The translations under genes and the position numbers were made by a program. Shown one piece after another: positions 13,323 through 26,264 of a stretch of DNA of 64,000 bases (position 1 is the first letter of the stretch; the number at the start of each line of letters is the position of its first letter). Below the pieces are notes generated by a model. It searched no databases. It had not been told where the DNA came from and saw only the letters and a program-made list of their open reading frames with translations. Source of the DNA: Mustelus asterias (lineage: Eukaryota); contig NC_135806.1 in the NCBI RefSeq assembly GCF_964213995.1, positions 139,686,001 through 139,750,000 on the forward strand, in the 5' to 3' direction.

Positions 13323-13411
13323 ATGGTTCTCTATTTTGTTATGGATGTCCTTCAGCATTATCCTGGTTTACCTGGACTTTTCATCGCTTGTCTGTTCAGT
13401 GGAGCACTCAG
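13323..13411 (+). CDS. slc5a6: SLC5A6 coding exon
   Basis: ttgcag|...|gtactt; [29 protein letters not shown]; 89 bp, phase 0-2. Confidence 0.95.
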
Positions 13412-13584
13412 GTACTTTCACAGATACTCAGCGAAACCTTTCTGAAATAATGGGCCCTGGACTGATGGCAGGTTAAGGTCTGCTATGTTCCTAAGGTTTG
13501 AATAGTACACAAGTTGGTGGTGAAATTAATAAAATATATGGAAAAGCAACATAAATAAGTGAATAATATAACTGAGCCATTATT

Positions 13585-14480
13585 TAAAACACATTAGGGA
13601 TGGTAGGACAGGTGATGTGTCAACGCTGCAGCATGTGGGAGCTCCAGGATAATATTGTGATCCAGGGTAAACACTCCTGCAGGGAGTGTTTGTGGCTTGA
13701 GGAACTTCGGCTCAGAGTCACCGAGCCAGAGGCTGAGCTGCAGACACTGCGACACATGGGGGAGATGGAAAGCCACCTGGATGCTTTGTACCGGGAGGCA
13801 GACGCACCTCTTAGGATAGGGTCTTTTGATTTGGTCAGTAGTCAGGGACAGGAGGCTGTGACTGAGAGTGAGGCAGGTAAGGGGACCCAGAGGGCTGGAG
13901 TGTCAGCCTCTGCAATTGTCCAATAGGATTGAGGTTCTCTCAGCTTGTTTGGATCGGACGAGGTGGATGAGCCAGCTGACTACGGCAATACAATACAGGG
14001 AGCCATTCAAATTGGGGAGCAAAAAGGAATGTGGTGGTAGTAGGGGACAGTATAGTGAGGGGGTTGACACTGTTCTCTGCAGCAAAGAGCAAGAATCCAG
14101 AAGGCCTGCCCAGTGCCTGCCCAGTGCCAGGGTTTGGAACTTCTGTTCAGGACTGGAGAGGAACCTGCAGTGTAAGGGAGAGAATCCAGTGGTCATGGTC
14201 CACGTAGGTACCAACGACATACGTAGAACTAGGAAAGAGGTTCTTAGAAAGTATGAGAAGCTAGGCACTGCATTATAAAGCAAAAGCTCAAAGATTAGAA
14301 TCTCTGGATTGTGACCTGGGCCATATGCAAATTGGCAAAAGGTACAAGAAATTAGAGAGATGAATATGTGGCTCAAACGGTGCGGGAGAAGCGGGTTCTA
14401 GTTTGTGGGCCACTGGAGGCAGTACTTGGGGAAGGGGGTGTATTCTAGCGAACCCCGTGACTAGGGAAGTAGAGTGTTTT
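13585..14480 (+). mobile_element. Degenerate CR1 ORF1 (zinc finger/leucine zipper plus SGNH esterase)
   Basis: CQRCSMWE...CRECLWLEELRLRV..EAELQTLR; CLPSARV; VVMVHVGTNDI; frameshifted. Confidence 0.8.
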
Positions 14481-14529
14481 CAACTAAATAATGGAGGCAA
14501 AGGATCAAATTTGGAAAGATGTGATAAAT

Positions 14530-15100
14530 CACTTGATCGCTTGACCTAATGACCCACCTCATTTCCAAGAACCAGGTCTAACAGTACCTCCTGCCCTGTT
14601 GGACTGGACACATACAGCTGTTGAAATTTCTCCTGAACATACCCTAGGAACGCTTGTCCTCTTTGCATCTATATTTGGGTAATTAAAGTCCCTCATAACT
14701 TTAAAAAAAGTTGACACCTCTCAGTAAATTCCTTGCAAATTTGTTCTCCTGCATCCTTCTCACTAGTTGGTGGTCTATAAACCACAGTGAGCAATGTCAT
14801 TTTTGCTCCTTAGCTCTAGCCAACTAAGTTCTCTTCTTGACCCCTCTGGGACATCCTCTTTTGCCAGCACTGCAATGCTCTTCTTAACCTATGCCGCCAA
14901 CCTTCCCCATGTTACTTCCTTTCCTATCTTCCCTGAACACTTTGTATCCAGGAATATTCCACACCCGGTCCCTTCTTTGAGCCAACTCTCTGTTATAGTC
15001 ACAACATTGTATTTCCGCATGGCAATACGCCTAGAACTCACTGATTTTATTTGCCACATTCCCGTGCATTCACATACATGCACAGTAACCCTGACTTAGA
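14530..15100 (-). mobile_element. Degenerate CR1 ORF2 endonuclease fragment
   Basis: KYNVVTITESWL motif in ORF 14889-15083, typical of the APE domain N-terminus. Confidence 0.65.
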
Positions 15101-15739
15101 ACCTATAGCTTTCTCCCTTTCTCTAACCTCGCCTATTAATTTGCGAGTGTCTTTGTTATTTTAGTGTTACCGACCTCCCCAAATATTCTGGGCACTTGAT
15201 GTTCTTCCCTGATGTTATCTCCTGGTTTGCACATCCCTGCAAAGATAATTTCAATCCTAGCATATATTAGAAGTTTATATTTAGGCGCAGCAGTGAGGTG
15301 AGAATTAGTTTAGACTACGTCCGCGCTGATAGCATTTCCCGATCGTCATGTTTCTGAGATAGTGCAGAGTGCTGGCAGCAATGGGAACCTTGGTGAATCC
15401 AGCACATTTGTTGAATTATTTAAGGGACCATAAAAAGGCCAATGAAGCAAGAATGAAAATGCAGTAGAAGAGGGTTCAGAACTTTGGTTACATCAAATGC
15501 AGGGTATTGTAGACTGCCTGGATGGTGCCTCACTGCGGTGGAGTTCTTGATGCAGGAATTGCTAGATATACCACACTGCTTCTGCTACAAAGCTGATGTT
15601 AATTGTTAGATTTATTGCTTACTGTCTCTCGTTTTCAGGTACCTGTTACTAACAGCATGAGAATTATTCCACAATAGCTCTCTGTACAAATGGAAGCCAT
15701 GTTAGGCTCTCTATTCAATGCTGAATTGTCTCTCTTTAG

Positions 15740-15852
15740 TACGATATCATCAGCATTCAATTCACTGGCTGCCGTGACTATGACAGACCTGATTAAACCT
15801 CACTATCCAGACATGACTGAGGCTCGAGCCACGCTGGTATCCAAGGGACTTG
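15740..15852 (+). CDS. slc5a6: SLC5A6 coding exon
   Basis: ctttag|...|gtaagt; (S)[37 protein letters not shown]; 113 bp, phase 2-1. Confidence 0.95.
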
Positions 15853-16129
15853 GTAAGTGACAGTGGAAAATAACAATACTTTCTGTGTGTGCGCGCGTGC
15901 GTGCACTTGTGCTTGATGTATGTACGATGTTTCAAGCTGCTTCACAGCATAATTATCAGACAAAATCAGATATTAGGGCAGGTGACCAAAGTCTTGATTG
16001 AAGAAATGGATTTGGAGAGGCTTCTTAATGGAGAGAGAAATAGAGTCGGAGAATTTTATTTAGGGAATTCTGGAACCAAATGCATGGCCGCCAATGGTGG
16101 AGCGATTAAACTTGGTGATGCGCCAAGGC

Positions 16130-16670
16130 AAGAACAAAGAACAGTACAAAACAGGCCCTTCAGCCCACCAAGCCTGCGCCAATCACATTGTCCTATCTAG
16201 ACCAGCCTGTATCCCTCTATTCCCCATCTGTTTATGTGCCTATCCAGATAAGTCTTAAATGTCACGAAAGTACCTGCTTCAACCACCTCACTTGGCAGTG
16301 CATTCCAGGCCCCCACCACCCTCTACTTCCCCTACACATCTCCACTGAAACTTTCCCCCCTTACTTTGAACCTGTGCCCCTTTGTCATTGTCATTTCTGC
16401 CCTGGGAAAAAGCTTCCAATTGTTAACGCTATCCATACCCCTCATAATTTTATAAACTTCTATCAGGTCGCCCCTCAGCCTCAGTCTTTCCAGGAAGAAC
16501 AATCCCAATTTATTCAATCTCTCCTCTAGACCAGGCAACATCCTGGTAAACTTTTTCTGTGCCCTTTCCAATGCCACCATGTCCTGGCGACCAGAATTGA
16601 ACGCAGTATTCGAAATGTGGCCTAACCAACGTTTTATGTAACTAACATAATTTGCCAACTTTAGAGACTT
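16130..16670 (-). mobile_element. CR1 LINE 3' fragment
   Basis: [25 protein letters not shown] motif plus ttctttgttctt tail. Confidence 0.88.
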
Positions 16671-17149
16671 GCTGCCTCTGTACGCCGGTGTGTTCCAGGT
16701 TGCGGGGGGAGGGGGGGAATGGGCCAGTGCGAGTTGGGGTACCGAGCAGCCGAGCTAGGAATTTGCTGCTCTCAGAGTCAGGGGTCTGTTTGAAGTGAAT
16801 GTGGCATTGTTCACTCAGCCATGGGTGAGGGTTTAAATAACATGTATCCGACAGTTTCCATCTCGTGCTTGCCAAGGTATCCGAGCAGTGAACCCGGCTT
16901 AGTGAGATTGCTTTTAATCAGCTTTTGCCTTGTGATGGATTTCTTGTGATGCGATTTTCCCAGCCTGGAATCCAGCTACTTAATATGTTGGCAGCAATGG
17001 ACACCCTCCAGTGACTGACTCAGGGGGAGCGAAGCCAATACCTGAGGGCCGAGGGAATCTTAGAAGAAAGAAAGACTTAGTTTCTGTAGTAAGGACTGCA
17101 GTGTTGAAAAGATTAGCTGAGTTATTCATGCAAGGAGTTCCAGACACTC

Positions 17150-17560
17150 AACCCTCAGAGAGAAGAAATTCCTCCTCATCTTCGCCTTCAATTGGTGCCC
17201 CTTTATTCTGAGACTCTGTCCTCTGACCCTAGACTCTCCCATGAGGGGAAACATCCTCTCGGCATTTATCCTGTCAATCCCCATAAGAATCCTCTATGTT
17301 TCAATGAGATCATCTCTCGTTCTTCTAAATCCCAATGAATCGAGTCCCAACCTGTTTAACCTTTCCTCATAAGACAATCCCTGCATTCCGGGGATCTCCC
17401 TAGTGAATCTTCTCTGAACTGCTTCCAATAAAGTAATATCTTTCCTAAAATGAAGAGACCAAAACTGCACATAGTTCTCCAGATGTGGTCTCTCCAGTAC
17501 CTTGTACAGTTGCAGCAAGACTTCCCTCCTCTTATACGCCAAACCCCTTGAAATAAGGGC
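17150..17560 (-). mobile_element. CR1 LINE fragment
   Basis: RPHLENYVQFWS and GLSYEERL motifs. Confidence 0.85.
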
Positions 17561-18492
17561 CTCTGTAATTCTATAAGTACCTCAAAGTGTGGTTGCTGTT
17601 GTAATGAGGGAAATGTGAAATGCGTTTTAAGCTCAGCAAGCTCCCACAGACAGCATAATGACAAGATGAAGCTGGTTTTAGTTATGTTGGTTGAAGGATA
17701 AATAGTGGTGAGGACACTGGAGAGAACTCCCCGGTTGCCTTCACAATAGTGCCACGGAATCTTGCACTTTCACTGAGAGAGCAGGCGGGGTCCAAGTTTT
17801 AGGTGTCTTCTAAAAAATAAGGCCTAATTTCCGCCAGCATCCTCTCGTGCCTGGGACCCGCACCCTTCCCAGTTCCCCATCACCAGAAGGACTTTCAAGT
17901 CATCACGTTAATCTGGTCTGGAATCTCCCTCTTCACCACCTCTCCTGCAAACTCCTACAGCTTTCTGCTTCTCTCCTCACCTGTTCCTGCCTGGCCATCC
18001 CGCAGTCACCTCCCCTTATTCTACCCTGAGCGAGGGACTCAGTGTATCTGCAGTTTAACGGTAGGTGTTGGAAAGGAGATGTCGGATTAGAATAACGACG
18101 GGGTGAGGAGTAGGGAGGCACTAGTTTATTTTTAAATTTAGACTGTCTTTCTGTGGCGCGGCATCACTGTACAGGATCCTCCCTCCAGCGCTGAGTGAAT
18201 GGAACCATTGTTCTGACTCACAATAGCTCAGTGGGACGATGCACAATTTACAGTTCAGAAACAGGCCATTTGGCCCAGTTGATCCATGCTGGTGCTCAAG
18301 CTCCACACCAGCCTCCTGCTATCCCTCTGCATCTCACCCCATAAACATAACAGAAACAGTTACAGCAGAGAGGGAAATCATTTGGCCCATTGTGTCCAGA
18401 CCAGCTCTCAGTGAGAGTAACTCACCTCGTCCTATTCCCCTGTGGTCCTGTAATTTATTTGTTCTCAGAAAATTATCCAATTGCCTCAATTA

Positions 18493-18806
18493 AATCTGTC
18501 TCCACCACACTCTCAGACAGTATATTACAGATCCTGACCACTTGCTGTGTGAATCTGTCTCCACCACACTCTCAGACAGTACATTCCACATCCTAACCAC
18601 TCGCTGTGTGAATCTGTCTCCACCACACTCTCAGACAGTACATTCCACATCCTAACCACTCGCTGTGTGAATCTGTCTCCACCACACTCTCAGACAGTGC
18701 ATTCCAGATCCTAACCACTCGCTGTGTGAATCTGTCTCCACCACACTCTCAGACAGTATATTACAGATCCTAACCACTCGCTGTGTGAATCTGTCTCCAC
18801 CACACG
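18493..18806 (+). repeat. 59-bp minisatellite, about 5 copies, CR1-derived
   Basis: Unit aatctgtctccaccacactctcagacagtacattccacatcctaaccactcgctgtgtg. Confidence 0.92.
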
Positions 18807-18807
18807 C

Positions 18808-19085
18808 TCGGCGTCAGGGATTCGGGCTCAATTCAGTCCTTGGGTGACTCTGTGGAGTTTGCACATTATTCCCGTGTCTGTGTGTGTTTACTCCGGGTGC
18901 TCTGGTTTCCTCCCAAAGTCCAAAGATGTGCGGGTTAGGTTGATTGGCCATGCTAAATTGACCCTCAGTTTCAGGTGGATTATCAGGATAAATATGTGGG
19001 GTTACGAGGATAGGGCCTGGGTGGGATTGTTGTCAGCGCAGGCTCGATGGGCTGAATGGCCTCCTTCTGTACTGTAGTGATTCTA
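18808..19085 (+). mobile_element. SINE type A with eroded 5' end
   Basis: Core and CR1-type tail. Confidence 0.8.
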
Positions 19086-21140
19086 AGTGGGAATGTTTGC
19101 TGATGACTGCACAATGTTCAGCACCATTCACGATTCCTCAGATACGGAAGCAGTCCATGTTCAAATGCAGCAGGACCTGAACAATATCCAGGTTTGGGCT
19201 GACAAATGGCAAGTGATGGGATCTACCCCAGAATACTGAGAGAGGCAAGGGAGGAAATTGCTGTGGCCTTGAGAGAAATCTTTGTATCCTCACTGGCTAC
19301 AGGGGAGGTCTCAGAGGATTGGAGAAGAGCCAATGTTGTTCCTTTGTTTAAGAAGGGTAGCAAGAATAATCCAGGTAATTACAGGCCGGTGAGCCTTACA
19401 TCAGTGGGTGGGAAATTATTGGAGAGGATTTTTCGAGACTGGGTTTATTCCCACTTGGAAATAAGTGGACACATTAGTGAGAAGCAACATGGTTTTGTGA
19501 AGGGGAGGTCATGTCTCATGAACTTGATCGAGTTTTTCGAGGAAGTGACGAAGATGATTGATGAGGGTAGGGCAGTGGAGTTGTTTACATGGACTTCAGT
19601 AAGGCCTTTGACAAGGTCCCTCATGGCAGACTGGTGCAGAAGGTGAAGTTGCACTGGATCAGAGGTGAAGTTGCACGGGATCAGCGGTGAGCTGGCAACT
19701 TGGATACAAAACTGGCTCGGTCAAAGAACACAGAGGGAGCAGTGGAAGGGTGCATTTCTGAATGGAGGGCTGTGACAAGTGGCGTTTCTCAGGGATCAGT
19801 GCTGGGACCTTTGCTGTTTGTAATATATATAAATGATTTGGAGGAAAATGTAACTGGTTTGATTAGTAAGTTTGCGGATGACACAAAGGTTGGTGGATTT
19901 GCAGGTAGCAATGAGGACCATCAGAGGATACAGCAGGATATAGATCGGTTGGACACTTGGGTGGAGAGATGGCAGATGGAGTTTAATCCGCACAAATGTG
20001 AGGTAATGCATTTTGGAAGGTCTGATACAGATAGGAAATATACAGTAAATGGCAGAACTCTTAAGAGTATTGATAGGCAGAGGGATCTGGGTGTACAGGT
20101 ACACAGGTCACTGAAAGTGGGCAATGCAGGTGGAGAAGGTAGTCAAGAAGGCATATGGCATGCTTGCCTTCATCGGCCGGGATATTGAATTTAAAAATTG
20201 GCCAGTCTTTATAGAACCTTAGTTAGGCCGCACTTGGAATATAGTGTTCAATTCTGGTCGCCGTACTACCAGAAGGATGTGGAGGCTTTGGAGAGCGTAC
20301 AGAAAAGTTTTGCCAGGATGTTGCCTGATATGGAGGGCATTAGTTATGAGGAGAGGTTGGAGAAACTTGGTTTGTCCTCACTGGAACGACGGAGGTTGAG
20401 GGGTGACCTGATAGAAGTCTACATGATTATGAGTGGCATGGATAGAGTGGATAGTCAGAAGCTTTTTCCCAGGGTGGAAGAGTCAATTACTCGGGGGCAC
20501 AGGTTTAAGGTGCGAGGGGCAAGGTTTAAACGAGATGTATGAGGCAGATTTTCTACACAGAGGGTGGTGGGTGCCTGGAACTCGCTGCCGGGGGAGGTAG
20601 TGGAAGCAGCTAAGGTAATGACTTTTAAGGGGCGAACAGACAAATATAGGATGGGACTTGAAGGATATGGTCCCCGGAAGGGTAGGGGGTTTTAGTTCAG
20701 TCGGGCAGCATGGTCGGTGCAGGCTTGGAGGGCCGAAGGGCCTGTTCCTGTGCTGTAATTTTCTTTGTTCTTTGACACTCATGCCACACAAGTGCCAGGC
20801 AATGACCATCTCCAACAAGAGAAAATCTAACAATCGCCTCTTGACTGTCAGTGGCATTACCATCGTTGAATCAACCTCTCATCCTGGGCATTACCATTGA
20901 CCAAAAAATTAACTGGGGCAGCTATATAAATACTGTAGCTACAGGAGCAGGTCAGAGGCTAGGAACCCTGCAACGGCACCTCCTGACTCCCTAATGCCTG
21001 TCCGCTATCTACAAGGCACAAGTCAAGTGTGTGAAGGAATACCCTCCATTTGCAGCTCCAACAACACTCAAGAAGCCCAACACCATCCAGGACAAAGCAG
21101 CCCGCTTCATAGGCACCCCATCCACAAACACTCATCCCTT
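19086..21140 (+). mobile_element. Older LINE RT fragment split by a younger CR1
   Basis: ...tgggctgacaaatggcaagtga at about 19216 resumes as acactcatgccacacaagtgccaggcaatg at about 20774 (FADD...WADKWQV / PHKCQAMTIS). Confidence 0.7.
19215..20773 (+). mobile_element. 5'-truncated CR1 LINE with frameshifted RT
   Basis: PGNYRPVSLTS, QGSVLGP and FADD motifs; tail tgtaattttctttgttctttg. Confidence 0.93.
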
Positions 21141-21314
21141 GAACGAATAAAATAAAATTCTCCCTCGTGTTTGACTTGGTTCTCTTTAAATCTGTCGATG
21201 ATATTTGCCTCAATCATTTCATGTAGTAGCCAGATCCAGATTCTAGCCGCTGTCTGAATGCACCAGTTTTTTACCTGTGATGTGCAGTAAATGAGAGTTC
21301 CTGTGTTTTTGCAG

Positions 21315-21382
21315 CACTGGGCTATGGGTTGCTGTGTCTCGGAATGGCCTACATCGCATCACTGATGGGCTCGGTGTTACAG
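21315..21382 (+). CDS. slc5a6: SLC5A6 coding exon
   Basis: ttgcag|...|gtgctg; (A)LGYGLLCLGMAYIASLMGSVLQ; 68 bp, phase 1-0. Confidence 0.95.
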
Positions 21383-21470
21383 GTGCTGTATCACACCCCT
21401 CCCTCTCAATGTATTTGTATCATTCCCGATGGCCTGGAATTTTTCACATGCTCCTTTCCTTTAAACTCAG

Positions 21471-21557
21471 GCGGCGCTAAGTATTTTCGGGATGGTTGGT
21501 GGTCCACTGCTTGGAGTCTTTTGCCTCGGAATGTTTTTCCCCATGGCTAATTCTACG
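21471..21557 (+). CDS. slc5a6: SLC5A6 coding exon
   Basis: actcag|...|gtgagt after an 88-bp intron; [29 protein letters not shown]; 87 bp, phase 0-0. Confidence 0.95.
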
Positions 21558-21894
21558 GTGAGTTTTGCTTTTGAGTATTTCTTTCTTTCTTTGGCTACAT
21601 TTTCACGTTGGGGTGGGATCATTAACGGACTTGGTAGCAGTTTGTTTGAAGGCTTTTCCAATGAGAGGGATAACGCTGAGTAAGAGCCATCATTGCCTTG
21701 AAAAGAGTTCCTTCAGTAAGTTGTAGACCTCGATGTTTCGGGATGTGTATTCTGTCTGGGAGAATGACGGGACAGCTGAGGGATATGATTCCATCCACCC
21801 TCAACTATGTATAACTACCTCTTTCACTTGTTCCTGTCATTCCCCACCAGACAACAAGCACAGCACACTGTCAGGGCCCACCAGATCATCTAGA

Positions 21895-22203
21895 GTTTAA
21901 AGTTTTAAATCTTAAAGTTATTAGTGTCACAAGTAGACTTACATTAACACTGCAATGAACTTACTGTGAAAATCCCCTAGTCGCCACACTCCGGCGCCTG
22001 TTCGGGTACACGGAGGGAGAATTTAGCATGGCCAATGCACCTAACCGGCACGTCTCTCGTACTGTGGGAGGAAACCAGAGGACACCCATGCAGACACGGG
22101 GAGAATGTGCAAACTCCACACAGACAGTGACCCGAGCTGGGAATTGAACCTGGGTCCTTGGCGCTGAGGCAGCAGTGCTAACCACTGTGCCACTGTGCCG
22201 CCC
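21895..22203 (-). mobile_element. SINE type B
   Basis: Reverse complement of type B. Confidence 0.85.
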
Positions 22204-22350
22204 TATCATCTAAGGAACTCTTAAGATAACAGTAAGAAGTCTCACAGCACCAGGTTAAAGTCCAACAGGTTTATTTGATATCCCGAGATAACAATTGCTC
22301 TTTCAGAGCATATTTAATAGACGTGGTCTAACCATTCAATCACTTTCCTT

Positions 22351-23168
22351 GTGGCTGAAAAATGGCAAATGGAGTTTAACCCTGATAAATGTGAGGTGAT
22401 TCATTTTGGTAGGACAAATTTAAATGTGGATTACAGGGTCAAAGGTAGGGTTCTGAAGACTGTGGAGGAACAGAGAGATCTTGGGGTCCATATCCACAGA
22501 TCTCTAAAGGTTGCCAGTCAAGTGGATAGAGCTGTGAAGAAGGCCTATAGTGTGTTAGCTTTTATTAACAGGGGGTTGGAGTTTAAGAGCCGTGGGGTTA
22601 TGCTGCAACTGTACAGGACCTTGGTGAGACCACATTTGGAATATTGTGTGCAGTTCTGGTCACCTCACTATAAGAAGGATGTGGAAGCGCTGGAAAGAGT
22701 GCAGAGGAGATTTACCAGGATGCTGCCTGGTTTGGAGGGTAGGTCTTATGAGGAAAGGTTGAGGGAGCTAGGGCTGTTCTCTCTGGAGCGGAGGAGGCTG
22801 AGGGGAAACTTAATAGAGGTTTATAAAATGATGAAGGGGATAGATAGAGTGAACGTTCAAAAACTATTTCCTCGGGTGGATGGAGCTATTACAAGGGGGC
22901 ATAACTATAGGGTTCGTGGTGGGAGATACAGGACGGATATCAGAGGTAGGTTCTTTACGCAGAGAGTGGTTGGGGTGTGGAATGGACTGCCTGCAGTGAT
23001 AGTGGAGTCAGACACTTTAGAAACATTTAAGCGGTTATTGGATAGGCACATGGAGCACACCAGGATGATAGGGAGTGGGATAGCTTGATCTTGGTTTCAG
23101 ATAAAGCTCGGCACAACATCGTGGGCCGAAGGGCCTGTTCTGTGCTGTACTGTTCTATGTTCTATGTT
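22351..23168 (+). mobile_element. Young 5'-truncated CR1 LINE
   Basis: Open 245-aa ORF2 C-terminus with (ttctatg)n tail; near-identical to the 3' part of the copy at 44847-46482. Confidence 0.95.
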
Positions 23169-23594
23169 CCTTGGTGTTGATTTAATGCCATTAAAAACAC
23201 TCACTCAGTGAGGGGGCTGTGTTTATAGATACCTTTATGATGATGTGGGTATGGTGGTGTACTGCAAATGTTACTAGATTAATATTCTAGAGAACACAAG
23301 TTCGAAGCCCACCCTTTACATCACTTTGAGAGTTTGGATCCCATTTCTCATTTTAAAAAAATCTGTAAATAAAAGGCTGGTGTCAGTAAAAGCGACCAAT
23401 AAGCTGCCAGATTGTTGCAAAAATCCAACTGGTTCGTTACTGTTAAAGAATCATGGAATTGTTACCCCACAGAAAGAGACCTTTCAGCCCTTGCTGTCCC
23501 TCTGAATAAACAATTCACCAAGTGCCACTCCACGGCCCAGCACATTCTCCCTTTTCAGATAACAATCCAATTCCTAGCTGAATGTCTGGACTGA

Positions 23595-24047
23595 ACCTGT
23601 CTCCACCACACTCTCAGACAGTACATTCCACATCCTAACCACTCGCTGTGTGAATCTGTCTCCACCACACTCTCAGACAGTGCTTTCCAGACCCTAACCA
23701 CTCGCTGTGTGAATCTGTCTCCACCACACTCTCAGACAGTACATTCCAGATCCTAACCACTCGCTGTGTGAATCTGTCTCCACCACACTCTCAGACAGTA
23801 CATTCCACATCCTAACCACTCGCTGTGTGAATCTGTCTCCACCACACTCTCAGACAGTACATTCCAGATCCTAACCACTCGCTGTGTGAACCTGTCTCCA
23901 CCACACTCTCAGACAGTGCATTCCAGACCCTAACCACTCGCTGTGTGAATCTGTCTCCACCACACTCTCAGACAGTGCATTCCAGACCCTAACCACTCGC
24001 TGTGTGAATCTGTCTCCACCACACTCTCAGACAGTACATTCCAGATG
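23595..24047 (+). repeat. 59-bp minisatellite, about 7.5 copies, CR1-derived
   Basis: Same unit as 18493-18806. Confidence 0.92.
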
Positions 24048-24664
24048 CAAACCTCTCGCAGCTTGAAGAAGAATTTCCTCGTGTCGCCATTGCTTCTTCT
24101 CCCCATTATCTTAAATCCACCCTTTTGAAACATGCCGTCCTTATGTATTCTGACGTCGATGTGACTCCAGTCCCACACCAATGTGGTTCATGCTTAATTC
24201 AAACACGAAACTCCGTATGCCTGGCTCTTAGCTTCTCTCTCAAATAACACTCAGGCAGGACAACTAGGACAGCTATGTTCAGGCATGGATGGGAATCGAA
24301 CATGCGATTTTTGGTTAACAAGACCAACACTTGGCCACTGCGCAAATACTTTTATTAGCAACAGGCATGTCATAGAACCAAGGAGTCCCTGCACTGAGTC
24401 TGCACTGACAACAATCCCAACTATCCCGTAACCCCATGTATTTACCCTGCTAATCTCCCTTACACCATGGGGCAATTTAGCATGGCCAGTCCACCTAACA
24501 CACACACCTTTGGACGAGGAACCTTTCTTATATTCGTTGTGAGTGTTCTAGTTTTGGTTTTATCAGTGGGGGACTGGTATATTTATATCTTTCTCTTTGC
24601 GATTTAGCTTTCTCACAGACTCTCGGTCCTTCCTGGTGACTGTTCTTTGTGTTGTCTCCAACAG

Positions 24665-24846
24665 GGTGCAATCTCTGGGCTGGTGGCGGGGTTGATAATG
24701 GCATTCTGGATCGGAATCGGCAATTTCATTTCTAGACGACAGCCTCTTTCATTCGTAAATGCGACCACCATCCAAAACGTTACCACTACCTTGGCAACCG
24801 CTACCATGGCAACAGTCAACCTTACGACAGTGGCATCAAGTGCAAG
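24665..24846 (+). CDS. slc5a6: SLC5A6 coding exon (TM plus glycosylated extracellular loop)
   Basis: caacag|...|gtacat; GAISGLVAGLIMAFWIGIGNFISRRQPLSFVNATTIQNVTTTLATATMATVNLTTVASSA; 182 bp, phase 0-2. Confidence 0.93.
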
Positions 24847-25199
24847 GTACATGCAGAGCCAATCACTGCACTGTATTTCGCTGATGGGATTTGGGAAGGG
24901 TGGGTGCAAGAACAAGAGAATGAAAAATGTCCGTCTCCCTTATCCAGGTAACAGTTACATTTTGCATCAACTACTATTCCCTGTCTTGCCCCATAATGTG
25001 AACCAGCAGTGGGTAGGAATTACCGTCGGCGATTTGCGTATTGATCACCACAAACATGTATCTCAAAGAACCATTGAATGGTTAAAGCACAGAAAGAGGC
25101 AACTTGGCCGATTGGGCCTGCACAGGTTCTCTCTAACAACTCAGCTAATCGCAATTCTCCTGCTCTCTTCTGTACCCCTGTAAGTGTTTCCTTTTCAGA

Positions 25200-25530
25200 T
25201 AAGGTGAGGTGAGAGTGACTGCCCTTAACATCAAGGCAGCATTTGACCAAGTGCAGCATCAAGGAGCCCGAGTATAACTGGAGTCAATGTGCATCACCCT
25301 ATTGGAGTCATACCTGGCACACAGGAAGATAGTTCTGGTGGTTGTGGAGGGTCAATCATCTCAGCTCCAGGACATCTCGACAGGAGCCCCTCAGGATAGT
25401 GTCCTCGGCTCAATCACCTTCAGCTGCTTCATCAATGACCTTCCCTCCATCATAAGATCAGAGTGGGGATGTTCACCGATGATTGCACAATGTTCAGCAT
25501 CATTCGCGACTCCTCAGATACTGAAGCAGT
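25200..25530 (+). mobile_element. Older LINE RT fragment
   Basis: APQDSVLGS..FSCFINDLPS and MFTDD motifs; ends abruptly at a CR1 tail. Confidence 0.7.
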
Positions 25531-26138
25531 CAAAGAACAAAGAACAGTACAGCACAGGAAACAGGCCCTTCTGCCTGTGCCGCTCCTTGGTCCAACTAGA
25601 CCAATCGTTTGTATCCCTCCATTCCCAGGCTGCTCATGTGACTATCCAGGTAAGTCTTAAACGATGTCAGCGTGCCTGCCTCCACCACCCTACTTGGCAG
25701 CGCATTCCAGGCCCCCACCACCCTCTGTGTAAAAAACATCCCTCTAATATCCGAGTTATACTTCGCCCCTCTCACCTTGAGCCCGTGACCCCTCGTGAAC
25801 GTCACTTCTGATCTGGGAAAAAGCTTCCCACCATTCACCCTATCTATCCCCTTCATAATCTTGTACACCTCTATTAGATCTCCCCTCATTCTCCGTCTTT
25901 CCAGGGAGAACAACCCCAGTTTACCAAATCTCTCCTCATAGCTAAGACCCTCCATACCAGGCAACATCCTGGTAAACCTTCTCTGCACTCTAACGCCTCC
26001 ACGTCCTTCTGGTAGTGCGGCGACCAGAACTGGACGCAGTACTCCAAATGTGGCCTAACCAGCGTTCTATACAGCTGCATCATCAGACTCCAGCTTTTAT
26101 ACTCTATACCCCGTCCTATAAAGGCAAGCATACCATAT
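25531..26138 (-). mobile_element. CR1 LINE 3' fragment
   Basis: Near-identical to the 3' part of 49038-50435. Confidence 0.93.
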
Positions 26139-26264
26139 GGGAATCCTGTGGTGAGTAACTGCGGAAGGGCCATCCAGACTCGAAACATTGGCTGTATTCT
26201 CTCTCCACAGATGCTGTCAGACTTGCTGAGATTTTCCAGCATTTTCTGTTTTTGAGAAAGAGAA

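Noticed and set aside
15625-15645. tttcag|gtacct AG-GT motif 101 nt upstream of an slc5a6 exon (recursive or alternative splice site)
   Set aside because: The intron is short, the donor is weak and use as an acceptor would frameshift; likely chance.
24847-25183. Extension of the 178-aa ORF beyond the slc5a6 exon
   Set aside because: Intron read-through past a phase-compatible GT donor; no similarity to SMVT.
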